Positions 41,585 through 51,437 of a stretch of DNA of 64,000 nucleotides are shown piece after piece. The DNA lies in contig CAWGZE010000015.1 of assembly GCA_963826855.1 (NCBI GenBank), positions 37,174-101,173 of the forward strand. Reading direction: 5' to 3'. Every line of letters begins with the position of its first letter. The stretch's first letter is position 1. Under the pieces are notes generated by a model that saw only the letters and a list, made by a program, of their open reading frames with translations, did no database searches and was not told the DNA's origin. The position numbers were made by a program, and so were the translations under genes. Source of the stretch: an uncultured Acidobacteriaceae bacterium. GTDB taxonomy: Bacteria > Acidobacteriota > Terriglobia > Terriglobales > Acidobacteriaceae.

Positions 41585-41910
41585 CGTGTACACATCATTG
41601 GGACACTATTTTAGGACAAACAATCCGAATCGGTCGAGTGCTTTGTCCGAATGCCATAAAATAATGGATAAATCGGACGACCCCCCTCAGACAGGGGGAC
41701 CCGTTTCGACTGTTTTGGTTACAGCACGATTTATTCCTACTCGTGGTCCACCCGTCCGAAGTGGACTACCACCCTTTGCCCATGAACTTCTCAAGCGCTA
41801 TCGTCATGGCCACATCGGTTCGATGATGTCTTCCGTGCGAGAGTGAGCCGATGTTTGTGCGTCTAGATGCCGATACAACCCTTTGAATCTGCTTGGGAGA
41901 AGACAAACCG

Positions 41911-42921
41911 ATGATCACGACCTTTCAGCAACACACTCTTCAACAGCAGCGCGAGGTCCCTTATGCTTCAGGCGATTTTTCGTCGATACTTTCCGGCCTG
42001 ACGCTGGCCGCCAAGATGATTGAGGCGAAGATCCGCTGTGCCGGCCTGTGCGGGATTGTGGGTTCGGCGGAGCTCACCAATGTACAGGGTGAAACCCAAC
42101 AGAAACTGGATGTCTTCGCCAATGAAGCACTGCTGCATTGCCTGGGAGTGGGCGAAAGCGTGGCGGCGCTGGTTTCTGAAGAGAACGAGGAACCGGTGAC
42201 AATCGACCGCGCCTCCACCAGCGGAAAGTATGTGATTGTCTTCGATCCGCTCGACGGCTCGTCAAATATCGACGTGAACGTGAATGTGGGGACAATCTTT
42301 GCCATTTACCGGCACCTCGATGGAGCCGAATTGAGGTCTGTTGATTCTGTCCTGCGCCCGGGACACTGCCAGGTAGCGGCAGGCTATGTTCTCTACGGTC
42401 CATCGACGGTGCTGGTCTATACGGCGGGTCGCGGGGTCTTCGGATTTACGCTGGATCCGACGATCGGGGCCTTTGTGTTGAGCCATGAACAGATGAAGAT
42501 GCCCGCCAAGGGCAAGTACTACTCCTGCAACGAAGCCAACGCTGACCATTTCCCCGAGCACTACCGCGAGTACCTGCACAATCTGCGCAGCCAAAACGCG
42601 GGAGGCGAATACAGCTCGCGTTACATCGGATCGCTGGTGGCGGACTTTCATCGGACGCTCCTCAAAGGAGGCGTCTTCCTATATCCGCCGACCGCCAGTC
42701 ATCCGGACGGGAAACTACGCCTGCTCTATGAGGCCAATCCGCTGGCGCTGATCGCCGAGCAGGCGGGCGGGTTGGCGATCAACGGCCAGGAACCGATTTT
42801 GGGATTGCAGCCGTCGGGCATTCACCAACGGACGCCGCTGGTGGTGGGTGGCCGGTCAGAGGTTGAGAGCTTTCTCGAATTTGTGGGTGAACCGCAGGCT
42901 CGGTCGATGGCTGCGCGGTAG
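41911..42921 (+). CDS. fbp: class 1 fructose-1,6-bisphosphatase
   Basis: SEENE, FDPLDGSSN, RYIGSLVAD, GKLRLLYEANP. Confidence 0.96.
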   Translation: MITTFQQHTLQQQREVPYASGDFSSILSGLTLAAKMIEAKIRCAGLCGIVGSAELTNVQGETQQKLDVFANEALLHCLGVGESVAALVSEENEEPVTIDRASTSGKYVIVFDPLDGSSNIDVNVNVGTIFAIYRHLDGAELRSVDSVLRPGHCQVAAGYVLYGPSTVLVYTAGRGVFGFTLDPTIGAFVLSHEQMKMPAKGKYYSCNEANADHFPEHYREYLHNLRSQNAGGEYSSRYIGSLVADFHRTLLKGGVFLYPPTASHPDGKLRLLYEANPLALIAEQAGGLAINGQEPILGLQPSGIHQRTPLVVGGRSEVESFLEFVGEPQARSMAAR

Positions 42922-42924
42922 CCC

Positions 42925-43215
42925 CTACAACGGAACGAAGTCGGCCTCTTGAAACTCCTCGACCTCTGGAACCCACCGGTTCTGCACAAAGCTTACGTGG
43001 AGGGGATGGTTGTTGTATCCGTCGTAGGCGGCCTGATTGGCGAAGTCCATCGAAAAATTGAAGGCGTACGGATTCTTGCCGCTTACCTGGCGCGATTGTT
43101 CAAAGCGAGTCACGCCGGGGATGCTCGCCAGCGTGAGCGCCGCTTTGAGGAAATCCTGTTCCGCAGAAGAGCCCGGTGCGTGTCTCAGCTTGAATTGAAC
43201 GGTGTGCCTGATCAT
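42925..43215 (-). CDS. Dabb family protein
   Basis: MIRHTVQF, IPGV, YNNHPLH. Confidence 0.85.
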   Translation of the reverse strand: MIRHTVQFKLRHAPGSSAEQDFLKAALTLASIPGVTRFEQSRQVSGKNPYAFNFSMDFANQAAYDGYNNHPLHVSFVQNRWVPEVEEFQEADFVPL

Positions 43216-43353
43216 TGGAGCTGCTCCTGGATGAGCTGAACTTGCCGACCTTCGGGTTCAGAGTAGACGATCGAGCTAAAATGAAACAATTTCTGTTCTA
43301 GATTTAACGGCGAGCCTGATGAAGGCAGCGGATCGAGAAAAGGCCCATAAACG

Positions 43354-45084
43354 ATGTCGGAAGAGACAAAGAAGTACCGCTCGGCAGCCTGGTTTGGTCG
43401 CACGGACAAAGACGGATTCATTCATCGCAGCTGGATGCGCAACCAGGGTTTTCCTGACGACGTTTTCGACGGCCGTCCGGTCATCGGCATCTGCAATACC
43501 TGGTCGGAACTCACCCCTTGCAATGCACATATGCGCGCCCTTGCCGAGCGGGTGAAGCGGGGCGTGTGGGAGGCGGGTGGATTGCCGCTTGAGTTCCCGG
43601 TCATGTCCCTGGGCGAGACAAACATGCGGCCGACGGCGATGCTCTTTCGCAACCTGGCGAGCATGGACGTAGAGGAGAGCATCCGCGCCAACCCGATCGA
43701 CGGAGTGGTGCTGATGTGCGGCTGCGACAAGACGACGCCTTCGCTGGTGATGGGCGCGGCGAGCTGCGACGTGCCGGCGATCGTTGTCTCCGGCGGCCCG
43801 ATGCTCAATGGCAAGTTCCACGGCAAGGACATCGGATCGGGAACCGACGTTTGGCGCTTCAGCGAAGACGTCAAGGCGGGCAAGATGACCCTTGCTGAGT
43901 TCAGCGAAGCGGAGTCGTGCATGTCGCGCTCGGCGGGCCATTGCATGACGATGGGCACAGCGTCGACGATGGCCTCAATGGTCGAGTCGCTGGGGCTTTC
44001 GCTGCCGTTCAGCTCTTCAGTTCCCGCGGTCGATTCGCGACGCTCCGTGCTCGCCCATCTCTCTGGCCGCCGGATTGTCGAGATGGCGAAGGAAGACCTG
44101 CGGATTTCAAAGATACTGCGGCCGGAGAATTTTGAAAACGCGATCCGTATCAACGGAGCGGTCGGTGGTTCGACGAATGCTGTGATTCACCTGCTCGCAT
44201 TTGCCGGGCGCGTTGGACTTCAGCTGAGTTTAGATGACTGGGACCGGTTGGGACGCGATGTGCCGACGCTGGTCGACATCATGCCATCCGGTCGTTTCCT
44301 GATGGAGGATTTCTATTACGCCGGCGGGCTGCCGGCGGTCATTCGGGCTATGGGCGAGCGCGGACTGCTACAAAAAGACGCGCTCACGGTTAATGGCAAG
44401 ACCATCTGGGAAAATTGTAAGGACTCGCCGAACTGGAACCATGAGGTGATCCGGCCCATCGACCATCCTTTGGTCGAGCATGGAGGCGTGGCTGTGTTGC
44501 GCGGAAACCTGGCTCCCAATGGCGCGGTACTTAAGCCTTCGGCGGCGTCGCCGCACCTGATGCGGCATCGCGGGCCAGCGGTTGTCTTCGAGAATATTGA
44601 GCACTATCACGAGCGCATCCTCGATCCCGATCTTGATGTCGATGAGAACTCGGTGCTGGTATTGAAGAACTGCGGGCCGAAGGGATATCCGGGGATGGCC
44701 GAGGTGGGAAACATGGGCCTGCCGCCGAAGCTGTTGGCACGCGGAATCACTGACATGGTGCGCATCTCTGATGCCCGGATGAGCGGTACAGCATATGGGA
44801 CGGTGGTGCTCCATGTGTGCCCCGAGGCGGCAGTCGGCGGCCCGCTGGCGCTGGTTCGGGATGGCGACATCGTCGAACTTGACGTGGAAGCGCGCCGGTT
44901 GCGGCTTGAGGTTTCAGGCGAGGAACTAGGCCGCCGCAAAGAGGAGTGGCAGCCCGTGCTACCGCAGAGCAAGGGCGGTTATCAGCAGCTGTATGTCGAG
45001 CATGTGATGCAGGCCTGCGACGGCGCGGACTTGGACTTCCTCGTGGGCTGTCGCGGAACGACCGTGACAAGAGAGTCTCACTAG
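43354..45084 (+). CDS. IlvD/Edd family sugar-acid dehydratase
   Basis: PCNAH, GCDKTTP, GHCMTMGTAS, SDARMSGT, terminal H. Confidence 0.93.
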   Translation: MSEETKKYRSAAWFGRTDKDGFIHRSWMRNQGFPDDVFDGRPVIGICNTWSELTPCNAHMRALAERVKRGVWEAGGLPLEFPVMSLGETNMRPTAMLFRNLASMDVEESIRANPIDGVVLMCGCDKTTPSLVMGAASCDVPAIVVSGGPMLNGKFHGKDIGSGTDVWRFSEDVKAGKMTLAEFSEAESCMSRSAGHCMTMGTASTMASMVESLGLSLPFSSSVPAVDSRRSVLAHLSGRRIVEMAKEDLRISKILRPENFENAIRINGAVGGSTNAVIHLLAFAGRVGLQLSLDDWDRLGRDVPTLVDIMPSGRFLMEDFYYAGGLPAVIRAMGERGLLQKDALTVNGKTIWENCKDSPNWNHEVIRPIDHPLVEHGGVAVLRGNLAPNGAVLKPSAASPHLMRHRGPAVVFENIEHYHERILDPDLDVDENSVLVLKNCGPKGYPGMAEVGNMGLPPKLLARGITDMVRISDARMSGTAYGTVVLHVCPEAAVGGPLALVRDGDIVELDVEARRLRLEVSGEELGRRKEEWQPVLPQSKGGYQQLYVEHVMQACDGADLDFLVGCRGTTVTRESH

Positions 45085-45136
45085 CCGGTTAACCACTTGA
45101 GATTGCCATGCGGAGTTCAGTTTGAGTTTAGACGGC

Positions 45137-45922
45137 GTGAAGACGATTGAATCCATTGACGGATTCGCTTCCTACCCGAGCCTGCGCGATCGGGTGGTGT
45201 TGATTAGCGGCGGTGCGTCGGGGATTGGCGAGAAGATCGTCGAGGCATTTGCACGGCAACATTCCAAGGTCGTTTTTCTGGATATTCAAGATGATGCCGC
45301 GGAAGGCCTTGTTCGGCATTGTCAAGCCAAAGGGTTCACGACACCGATCTATCAACACTGCGACGTCACCGATGTCGCTGCTCTGCGCCAATGCGCCGAG
45401 AGTGTTGCAGCCGGCTTCGGGACGATCGATGTGTTGGTGAACAACGCTGCGAACGACACCCGCCACACCATCGAAGAGGTCACGCCTGAATATTGGGACC
45501 AGGGAATTGCGGTCAATCTGAAGCATCAGTTTTTTCTCACTCAGGCCGTGATCCCGATGATGAAAAAGGCGGAGCGGGGATCGATCATCAACATGAGTTC
45601 CATCGGCTGGGTCATACCCTCAGTCGGACTTCCGATTTACGTGGCGGCGAAGGCGGCGATTGCGGGGCTGACCCGCACCCTGGCACACGAACTCGGTCCG
45701 TTTCACATCCGGGTGAATTGTGTGATGCCGGGGGCGATCGAGACGGAACGCCAGAAGCGGCTCTGGTATACCGAAGCCTATCTGGAAAATGTTATGAACA
45801 ACCAGGCGCTGAAGCGGATGATTCTGCCGGAAGAGGTCGCGCGGCTGGTTCTCTTTCTTGCTGCCGACGATAGCGGCGCGATCACGAATCAGTGCCACAT
45901 CATTGATGGCGGGTGGGTATAG
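45137..45922 (+). CDS. SDR, pentose dehydrogenase-like
   Basis: YPSLRDRVVLISGGASGIG, NNAANDTRH, YVAAK; adjacent to the dehydratase. Confidence 0.88.
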   Translation: MKTIESIDGFASYPSLRDRVVLISGGASGIGEKIVEAFARQHSKVVFLDIQDDAAEGLVRHCQAKGFTTPIYQHCDVTDVAALRQCAESVAAGFGTIDVLVNNAANDTRHTIEEVTPEYWDQGIAVNLKHQFFLTQAVIPMMKKAERGSIINMSSIGWVIPSVGLPIYVAAKAAIAGLTRTLAHELGPFHIRVNCVMPGAIETERQKRLWYTEAYLENVMNNQALKRMILPEEVARLVLFLAADDSGAITNQCHIIDGGWV

Positions 45923-45962
45923 CGGCCGGCTGGCCTGGGACGAGTCTCCCTGGCGAGGAAGT

Positions 45963-46934
45963 TCAGGTCAACTCTTCGCTGGAGATGCCGGTGCGAAGGC
46001 CATCTTTGTCCGCGATGCCCCAGGCCATTCTTGGTGTGTTGTGGGCTAGGCCGAAGCGTCCGTCGGGACCGAGGAGAATGATCCCGCCGTGGCCTTGCAA
46101 TCGTTTGAACAGGTAAGCGATGGCGTCCTCGGCGGATTGCTCAGGAGCTACTCCGCGTTGGACGCGATCGACGGCCCATTTGCCGAGGACGAGCTTCATG
46201 ATGGGTTCTCCCCAGCCAGTCAAAGAAACGGCGCCGCTGAGGTTGTCGGCGTAGCATCCGCAGCCGATTAAGGAAGAGTCTCCGACGCGGCCGGGAGCCT
46301 TGTTGAGGGTGCCTCCGGTAGAGGTCGCGGCGGCGAGATTCCCGTAGGAGTCAAGGGCGACGGCGCCGACGGTGTCGTGGGAATCCATGCCGGTTAGCGG
46401 CGGCTGAATCGCCGTTTCGGGAGATTTGTCGTCCCCGGCGAAGGTGAGATCGGGGAGTCCGGCGCGCGCCTTGGATTGGGCATCGGCCAGTCGGTGACGC
46501 TCGCGGTCGAGGACCAGTTCAGAGTTTTCGATGAGTGCCATGCCATGCTGCCGGGCGAAGTCCTCCGCCCCTGCACCGACGAAGTAGATGTGCGGGCTTT
46601 TGTCGAGGACGAGCCGGGCGGCCTGGATTGGATTCTTGAGGCGTTCGACGCAGGCAACTCCGCCGGCGCGAAGGGTCGCGCCATCCATCAGCAGAGCGTC
46701 GAGCTGAACACGGCCGGAGCTGGTGAGAAAGCTGCCGCGCCCGGCGTCGAAAGTCTCGTCGTCTTCGAGAATGGTGACCGCGGCTTCGACGGCATCAACC
46801 GCGCTGGCGCCGTCCTCGAGCAAAGCGTAGCCGATGGCGAGGGCGTTGGAGACACCGAGCCGGTGCGCTTCGACCATGTCGTCGGGGATGGCCCAGGCTC
46901 CACCGTGGACGAGTAGGGTGGGGGTTCTTGACAT
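45963..46934 (-). CDS. isoaspartyl peptidase/L-asparaginase
   Basis: HGGA, DTVGAVA, TSTGG, PGRVGDS. Confidence 0.93.
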   Translation of the reverse strand: MSRTPTLLVHGGAWAIPDDMVEAHRLGVSNALAIGYALLEDGASAVDAVEAAVTILEDDETFDAGRGSFLTSSGRVQLDALLMDGATLRAGGVACVERLKNPIQAARLVLDKSPHIYFVGAGAEDFARQHGMALIENSELVLDRERHRLADAQSKARAGLPDLTFAGDDKSPETAIQPPLTGMDSHDTVGAVALDSYGNLAAATSTGGTLNKAPGRVGDSSLIGCGCYADNLSGAVSLTGWGEPIMKLVLGKWAVDRVQRGVAPEQSAEDAIAYLFKRLQGHGGIILLGPDGRFGLAHNTPRMAWGIADKDGLRTGISSEELT

Positions 46935-46954
46935 AATTCGCTTCGTTCTAAGTT

Positions 46955-47386
46955 CTAGAAGTGGCCTTCAGATTCAGACTGAGCCCCAAGAAGGGTAACG
47001 CCTTCTGCCTCTGCCGCGCCGGCCAGGTTCTTGTCTAGTGTGGCCAAAGGTATCCGCTGACGCATCGCAAGTTCTAGGTATGCCGCGTCGTAGGCAGTCA
47101 ACTTGTGCTTTCTGGCTAACCGCAATAGCTCAGAACTCTCCGGAGAGCGGTCAAGGCTTATTCCGAGGCGAGTCATCCAGTCCAGGAAAGTTGTCGCATC
47201 GGCTTCGGTGATTCTCCCAACGCGTTCCTTAACAACGATGATGTTCCGGATTTCAAACCACCATAGAACAGGCGCAATTGCGGAATCGTCCGCGACTTTG
47301 GTTCGGGCCGCGTCAGCGAAAGGGTGTTGCTCATCTCGTAGCGCCCAGCATGCCGCGATCGAAGCGTCAACAACAAATGGCATCAA
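46955..47386 (-). CDS. vapC: VapC (PIN) toxin
   Basis: VVDAS, FEIRN, YDAAY, LATLD. Confidence 0.92.
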   Translation of the reverse strand: MMPFVVDASIAACWALRDEQHPFADAARTKVADDSAIAPVLWWFEIRNIIVVKERVGRITEADATTFLDWMTRLGISLDRSPESSELLRLARKHKLTAYDAAYLELAMRQRIPLATLDKNLAGAAEAEGVTLLGAQSESEGHF

Positions 47387-47629
47387 CTACCTGCGCCCTT
47401 CGTCGCGGGCGGAAAGAATCTCCTCGACGGTGATGGGAGGAGCTGTACGCCGATACGCCTTCATCTCCGCGACGACCTTAGCGATCTCGGCGCGCCTGCG
47501 ATCGACCTCGGGAATCAGACGTGCAATGGGCTGTCCGTGACGAGTAATTATCAGCGTTTCTCCGCGCTCGACCTCGTCGAGCAGGCTCGGGAGGTGGGTT
47601 TTTGCTTCGGATGCTTGCACTTCGCGCAT
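47387..47629 (-). CDS. Phd/YefM antitoxin
   Basis: EAKTHLPSLLDEV, ITRHGQPIARL. Confidence 0.92.
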   Translation of the reverse strand: MREVQASEAKTHLPSLLDEVERGETLIITRHGQPIARLIPEVDRRRAEIAKVVAEMKAYRRTAPPITVEEILSARDEGRR

Positions 47630-47639
47630 AAGAATCTTT

Positions 47640-47667
47640 CGATTGGTCTAATCGACTAGTCTAATCG
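47640..47667. promoter_or_regulatory. probable toxin-antitoxin operator
   Basis: Tandem CGATTGGTCTAAT / CGACTAGTCTAAT just upstream of the antitoxin. Confidence 0.5.
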
Positions 47668-47720
47668 TCGCATTGGAGGCCCCTACTGGTCAAATCTCCC
47701 TTTTGGACACAACGGCATCT

Positions 47721-48428
47721 CTAGGCTTGTGGCACGTTAGGCGATGAGGTGAAGGCCGGGGCGGCAGCCGGTTGCTGGGTCCGGGCAGGCGCCGGAATAG
47801 CGGGACGGATGGGTGCGAGGTCTTTGGTCATCTGGTAGGTGAAGCGGATTCGATGTATCACGGTGATGGTGGAGAGCACGGCGAGAATCCAGAGGACCGG
47901 CGCCATCACGCCCCACTTTGCGAAGAGTGCGCCGAGGATGACGAGGACGATGCGCTCGGGACGCTCCATGAATCCCACTTTGCAGGACTTGATGAGCGCT
48001 TCGGCACGGGCTCGGGTGTAGCTAACCATCAGCGAAGTCACCATGACAAAGGCAACCAGTACCACGTATAAGAAACGGTTGCCGCGCGCGTAAAAGACGA
48101 GCAGTCCGAAGAAGAGGGCGACGTCGCTATAACGGTCGATGACTGAGTCGAAGAAGGCTCCGAAGACGGTGACCTGATCCGTCTGGCGAGCGACGCGTCC
48201 GTCGACCATGTCGAAGATGCCGGCGCCGAGGATGACGAGCGCTGCGTACAGAAACATACGGACGTAGTTGTGCTCGTTGGCGAAGCCAAAGAGCACGGCG
48301 GCGCCGGTGTTGATGACCAGGCCCATGAAGGTGAGGACGTTGGGCGAGATGCGAGTGAGGGCGAGGCCGTCGACGATTGCCTGCAGGACAACCCCGCATC
48401 CGCGCCCAAAGGCGCTGGTCCAAGTCAT
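47721..48428 (-). CDS. CDP-alcohol phosphatidyltransferase
   Basis: DMVDGRVAR...GAFFDSVIDRYSD. Confidence 0.93.
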   Translation of the reverse strand: MTWTSAFGRGCGVVLQAIVDGLALTRISPNVLTFMGLVINTGAAVLFGFANEHNYVRMFLYAALVILGAGIFDMVDGRVARQTDQVTVFGAFFDSVIDRYSDVALFFGLLVFYARGNRFLYVVLVAFVMVTSLMVSYTRARAEALIKSCKVGFMERPERIVLVILGALFAKWGVMAPVLWILAVLSTITVIHRIRFTYQMTKDLAPIRPAIPAPARTQQPAAAPAFTSSPNVPQA

Positions 48429-48499
48429 GGAAACACCTGGGTCATTTTAGCCTCGAAACGATCTCGGCCGCTTCGTGGGCAGACGCCACCGTCATAAAA

Positions 48500-48973
48500 C
48501 TACTCCACCTCGTCATGGATGGTGACGAGCTTCAGGATCTCGAGTTCGCGTTTGCCATTGGGGGTCACAACCGTGGCGACGTCGCCGACCTGTTTGCCAA
48601 CCAGTCCCCGGCCGATAGGCGAAGTAGTCGAGATCAGTCCCTTGTTCACGTCAGATTCTTCGCTAGTGACGAGTTTGTACTCGATCTTCTCGTCTTTGGT
48701 GGTGTCGTAGACAGTCACGGTCGAGCCGAAGGCGATGCGGTCGCGGGGAATATTGGAGAGGTTGACCAGCGCGAGCTCGCCCATCCGGGCCTTGAGCTGA
48801 CCTAGGCGCGCATTGACGAAGACCTGGCGCTGTTTGGCCATGTGGTACTCGGCGTTTTCGCTGAGGTCGCCGAGGGCCGCGGCCTTTTTGATTTCAGCGG
48901 GAAGTTCGTGCTGGAGTTCGTGCTCGAGCTGTTTGATCTCTTCCAGCAGTTTCTTCTTAATATGTTCGGGCAT
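48500..48973 (-). CDS. greA: transcription elongation factor GreA
   Basis: GDLSENAEY, ISTTSPIGRGL. Confidence 0.95.
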   Translation of the reverse strand: MPEHIKKKLLEEIKQLEHELQHELPAEIKKAAALGDLSENAEYHMAKQRQVFVNARLGQLKARMGELALVNLSNIPRDRIAFGSTVTVYDTTKDEKIEYKLVTSEESDVNKGLISTTSPIGRGLVGKQVGDVATVVTPNGKRELEILKLVTIHDEVE

Positions 48974-49177
48974 GAAGCATCCATAGCGGCCTAAACCTGC
49001 AGCGGCCGTTCTCGCAAAGGAATGGGGAGCGAATTCACTCCAAACCTCGATTATACAGGGGAAAGACCGGGCTTCGAGGGGCTTCGCGGCTTGACTGAGC
49101 TGTCAATGGAGGCATATCGTCAGGCTTTGCTAAGGATTTTCTAATCAACATCGCGCCACGCGGTCCAGCGAAAACCT

Positions 49178-49708
49178 ATGAGCCTACTCCGAAATTTTCA
49201 GGTTGGTGACAAAGTGGTCTATCCAAATCATGGGATAGGCGTGGTCGATCAGATCGCTACCCGTACCGACGGTTTTCAGGTTCAGCGGTTTTACATGCTG
49301 ACCATCAAGTCGAGCAGCCTCAAAGTGATGGTGCCGTGCTCCAATGCCAACACGGTAGGCCTGCGAAGTGTTGTTCGGCAGGACGAGGTCGACCGGATCT
49401 TTTGCTTTCTGCGCGACGACAACTGCACCAGCAATGCCGACTGGAAAGAGCGCTACCGGGAACATTGCGAAAAAATGAAGGCGGGTTCGCTGATGGAGGT
49501 CGCCGAAGTGCTGAAGAGCCTTCTGGTGCTCAATCAGAAGAAGACGCTAGGCTTCCGGGAGCAGAAAATGCTCGAAAAAGCACGATACCTGCTGGTGAAT
49601 GAGATTGCCCAGGCGACGGGCGCGAACGAGATGCTCATTGACGAGAAGCTGCTGCTGGCCCTGAGCGACGCGGGCTTGAAGTTCCCTGACATCGCCGGCG
49701 AAGCGTAA
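49178..49708 (+). CDS. carD: CarD family transcription factor
   Basis: FQVGDKVVYPNHGIG, WKERYR. Confidence 0.92.
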   Translation: MSLLRNFQVGDKVVYPNHGIGVVDQIATRTDGFQVQRFYMLTIKSSSLKVMVPCSNANTVGLRSVVRQDEVDRIFCFLRDDNCTSNADWKERYREHCEKMKAGSLMEVAEVLKSLLVLNQKKTLGFREQKMLEKARYLLVNEIAQATGANEMLIDEKLLLALSDAGLKFPDIAGEA

Positions 49709-49727
49709 GCCAGCGCTTCGACCACGG

Positions 49728-50216
49728 TCAGCACGAGAGCTTAGAGAGCGCGCCAATTCCTTCCCTTTCATCTTCGGCGCGATTTGCCATCGCGTCCAGA
49801 TATCCCTGGAGAATAAGCACCGCCCCAACCTGATCAACAACCTTCTTGTGCTCCGGCCCTGCGACTCCAGAGGCGTGGAGATGGCGGTGCGCCTCAGTCG
49901 TGGTGAGGCGTTCGTCCCATAAATGGACCGGCAGACCCGTTTCTTCGCGGAGCATTCTTGCAGCCGGGGCCTTGGCGGCCTGAGGGCTCAGGTCGCCCGA
50001 CATGTAGAGCGGGTTCCAACCACAATCTCAGAGCAGTTGTGTTTACGAATTATCCGCAACAGGAGATTTTGCGTCCTGGCAGCGGTTGGAGCGAAGTAGG
50101 GTCATGACTGGCTGCGCGGTAAGGCCCCATCGCGTCGGAGACGGCGACGCCGACGCGCCGGTCGCCGACATCGGGCCAAGCAGGCGGGGCTTGGGCGTGC
50201 TTTGGGGTGACTCCAC
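49728..50216 (-). CDS. ruvX: RuvX/YqgF nuclease with several apparent indels
   Basis: LG.DVGDRRVGVAVSD, VVG.P, WDERLTT, VDQVGAVLIL spread over several frames. Confidence 0.85.
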
Positions 50217-50374
50217 CCTGTACCTTAGTGGAAGGGTCGACCGTCAGGACTCTGCAGGTGTCCCGATTGGCAACGGCGGATTCGCCGGAGACGGCTTAAT
50301 ATCTGGCTTAATATCTAAAAAAGAACCGCTCCGGAATTCCACTCTCCGAATCAAAAGCGCAGGAACAGGATCGA

Positions 50375-51361
50375 GTGCGACGAGTCTTGCTGTTGTTGGC
50401 CGTGTTGGGAATTGGCGCCTTGGCTTACCTTTTCCTGGCCCCATTTGGTCCGAGTCAAGAGACTTTTGTGGAGATTGCGCCGGGAACCGCTACACGGCAG
50501 ATTGCTCGTGAGCTTCAGGAGCAAGGAGTCATTCGGAGCCGGTATCTCCTGGACGGTTTGCGGCTGGTGGAGAGTGGCACTCTGAAAGCCGGCGAGTACC
50601 GTTTCGATCATCCCGTGCGAGTAGCAGAAGTTTACGACCGGATGCGGCGCGGGGATGTTTTCACGATTTCCGTGACCATTCCGGAGGGTTCCAACATCTT
50701 CGATATTGCGGCGCGGGTGGAAGCGGCCCAGTTAGGTACGAAAGAGGCCTTCGAAGCAGCCGCGATGCGAAATGGAGCACTGGTTGCGGACCTCGATCCC
50801 GGTGCGGTATCGCTGGAAGGATATCTGTTTCCCGATACCTACGAGTTTGGCCGACGAACGACGCCGCTCCAGATGGTGACGACCATGGTGAAACGGTTCC
50901 GCGCGGCCGCTGCCTCACTGGGACTCGAAGGCAACACCCATCGGGTGGTGACGTTGGCGTCGCTGATTGAGCGGGAAACCCCGGTCGCAAAGGAGCGCCC
51001 GCTCGTGGCAAGCGTCTTTGAAAATCGGCTGGCCCAGGGAATGCCGCTCGAAACCGATCCTTCAGTGATTTATGCTGCGCTGTTAGAGGGGCGCTACCGG
51101 GGTACGATCTATCAGTCGGACTTGAATGCTGATTCGCCCTATAACACGTACAAGATAATCGGGCTGCCGCCTGGGCCAATATGCAATCCCGGCCTGTCAT
51201 CGCTGAATGCGTCTCTACATCCTGCCGCGACGAACTATTTATACTTCGTCGCAGCGAGCGCCGACCCTTCCGGACAATCACGGTTTGCGGCTACGCTGGA
51301 AGAGCACCAGAAAAATGTGCAGGCCTACCGGCATGCCCTGCATTCGCCGGGTGGACGTTGA
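50375..51361 (+). CDS. mltG: endolytic transglycosylase MltG
   Basis: LEGYLFPDTY, LASLIERET, SPYNTY, GLPPGPICNPG. Confidence 0.96.
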   Translation: MRRVLLLLAVLGIGALAYLFLAPFGPSQETFVEIAPGTATRQIARELQEQGVIRSRYLLDGLRLVESGTLKAGEYRFDHPVRVAEVYDRMRRGDVFTISVTIPEGSNIFDIAARVEAAQLGTKEAFEAAAMRNGALVADLDPGAVSLEGYLFPDTYEFGRRTTPLQMVTTMVKRFRAAAASLGLEGNTHRVVTLASLIERETPVAKERPLVASVFENRLAQGMPLETDPSVIYAALLEGRYRGTIYQSDLNADSPYNTYKIIGLPPGPICNPGLSSLNASLHPAATNYLYFVAASADPSGQSRFAATLEEHQKNVQAYRHALHSPGGR

Positions 51362-51437
51362 AAGGCTTCGTCGCGGTCCGGCGACCGCAAGAAATCCGGC
51401 TGGAAAGCCGCTGTGTGCTGTGCTGAGTCGAGGATGG

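Noticed and set aside
43354-45922. Novel sugar pathway
   Set aside because: Fits the known oxidative pentose (Weimberg/Dahms-type) dehydratase plus dehydrogenase pair
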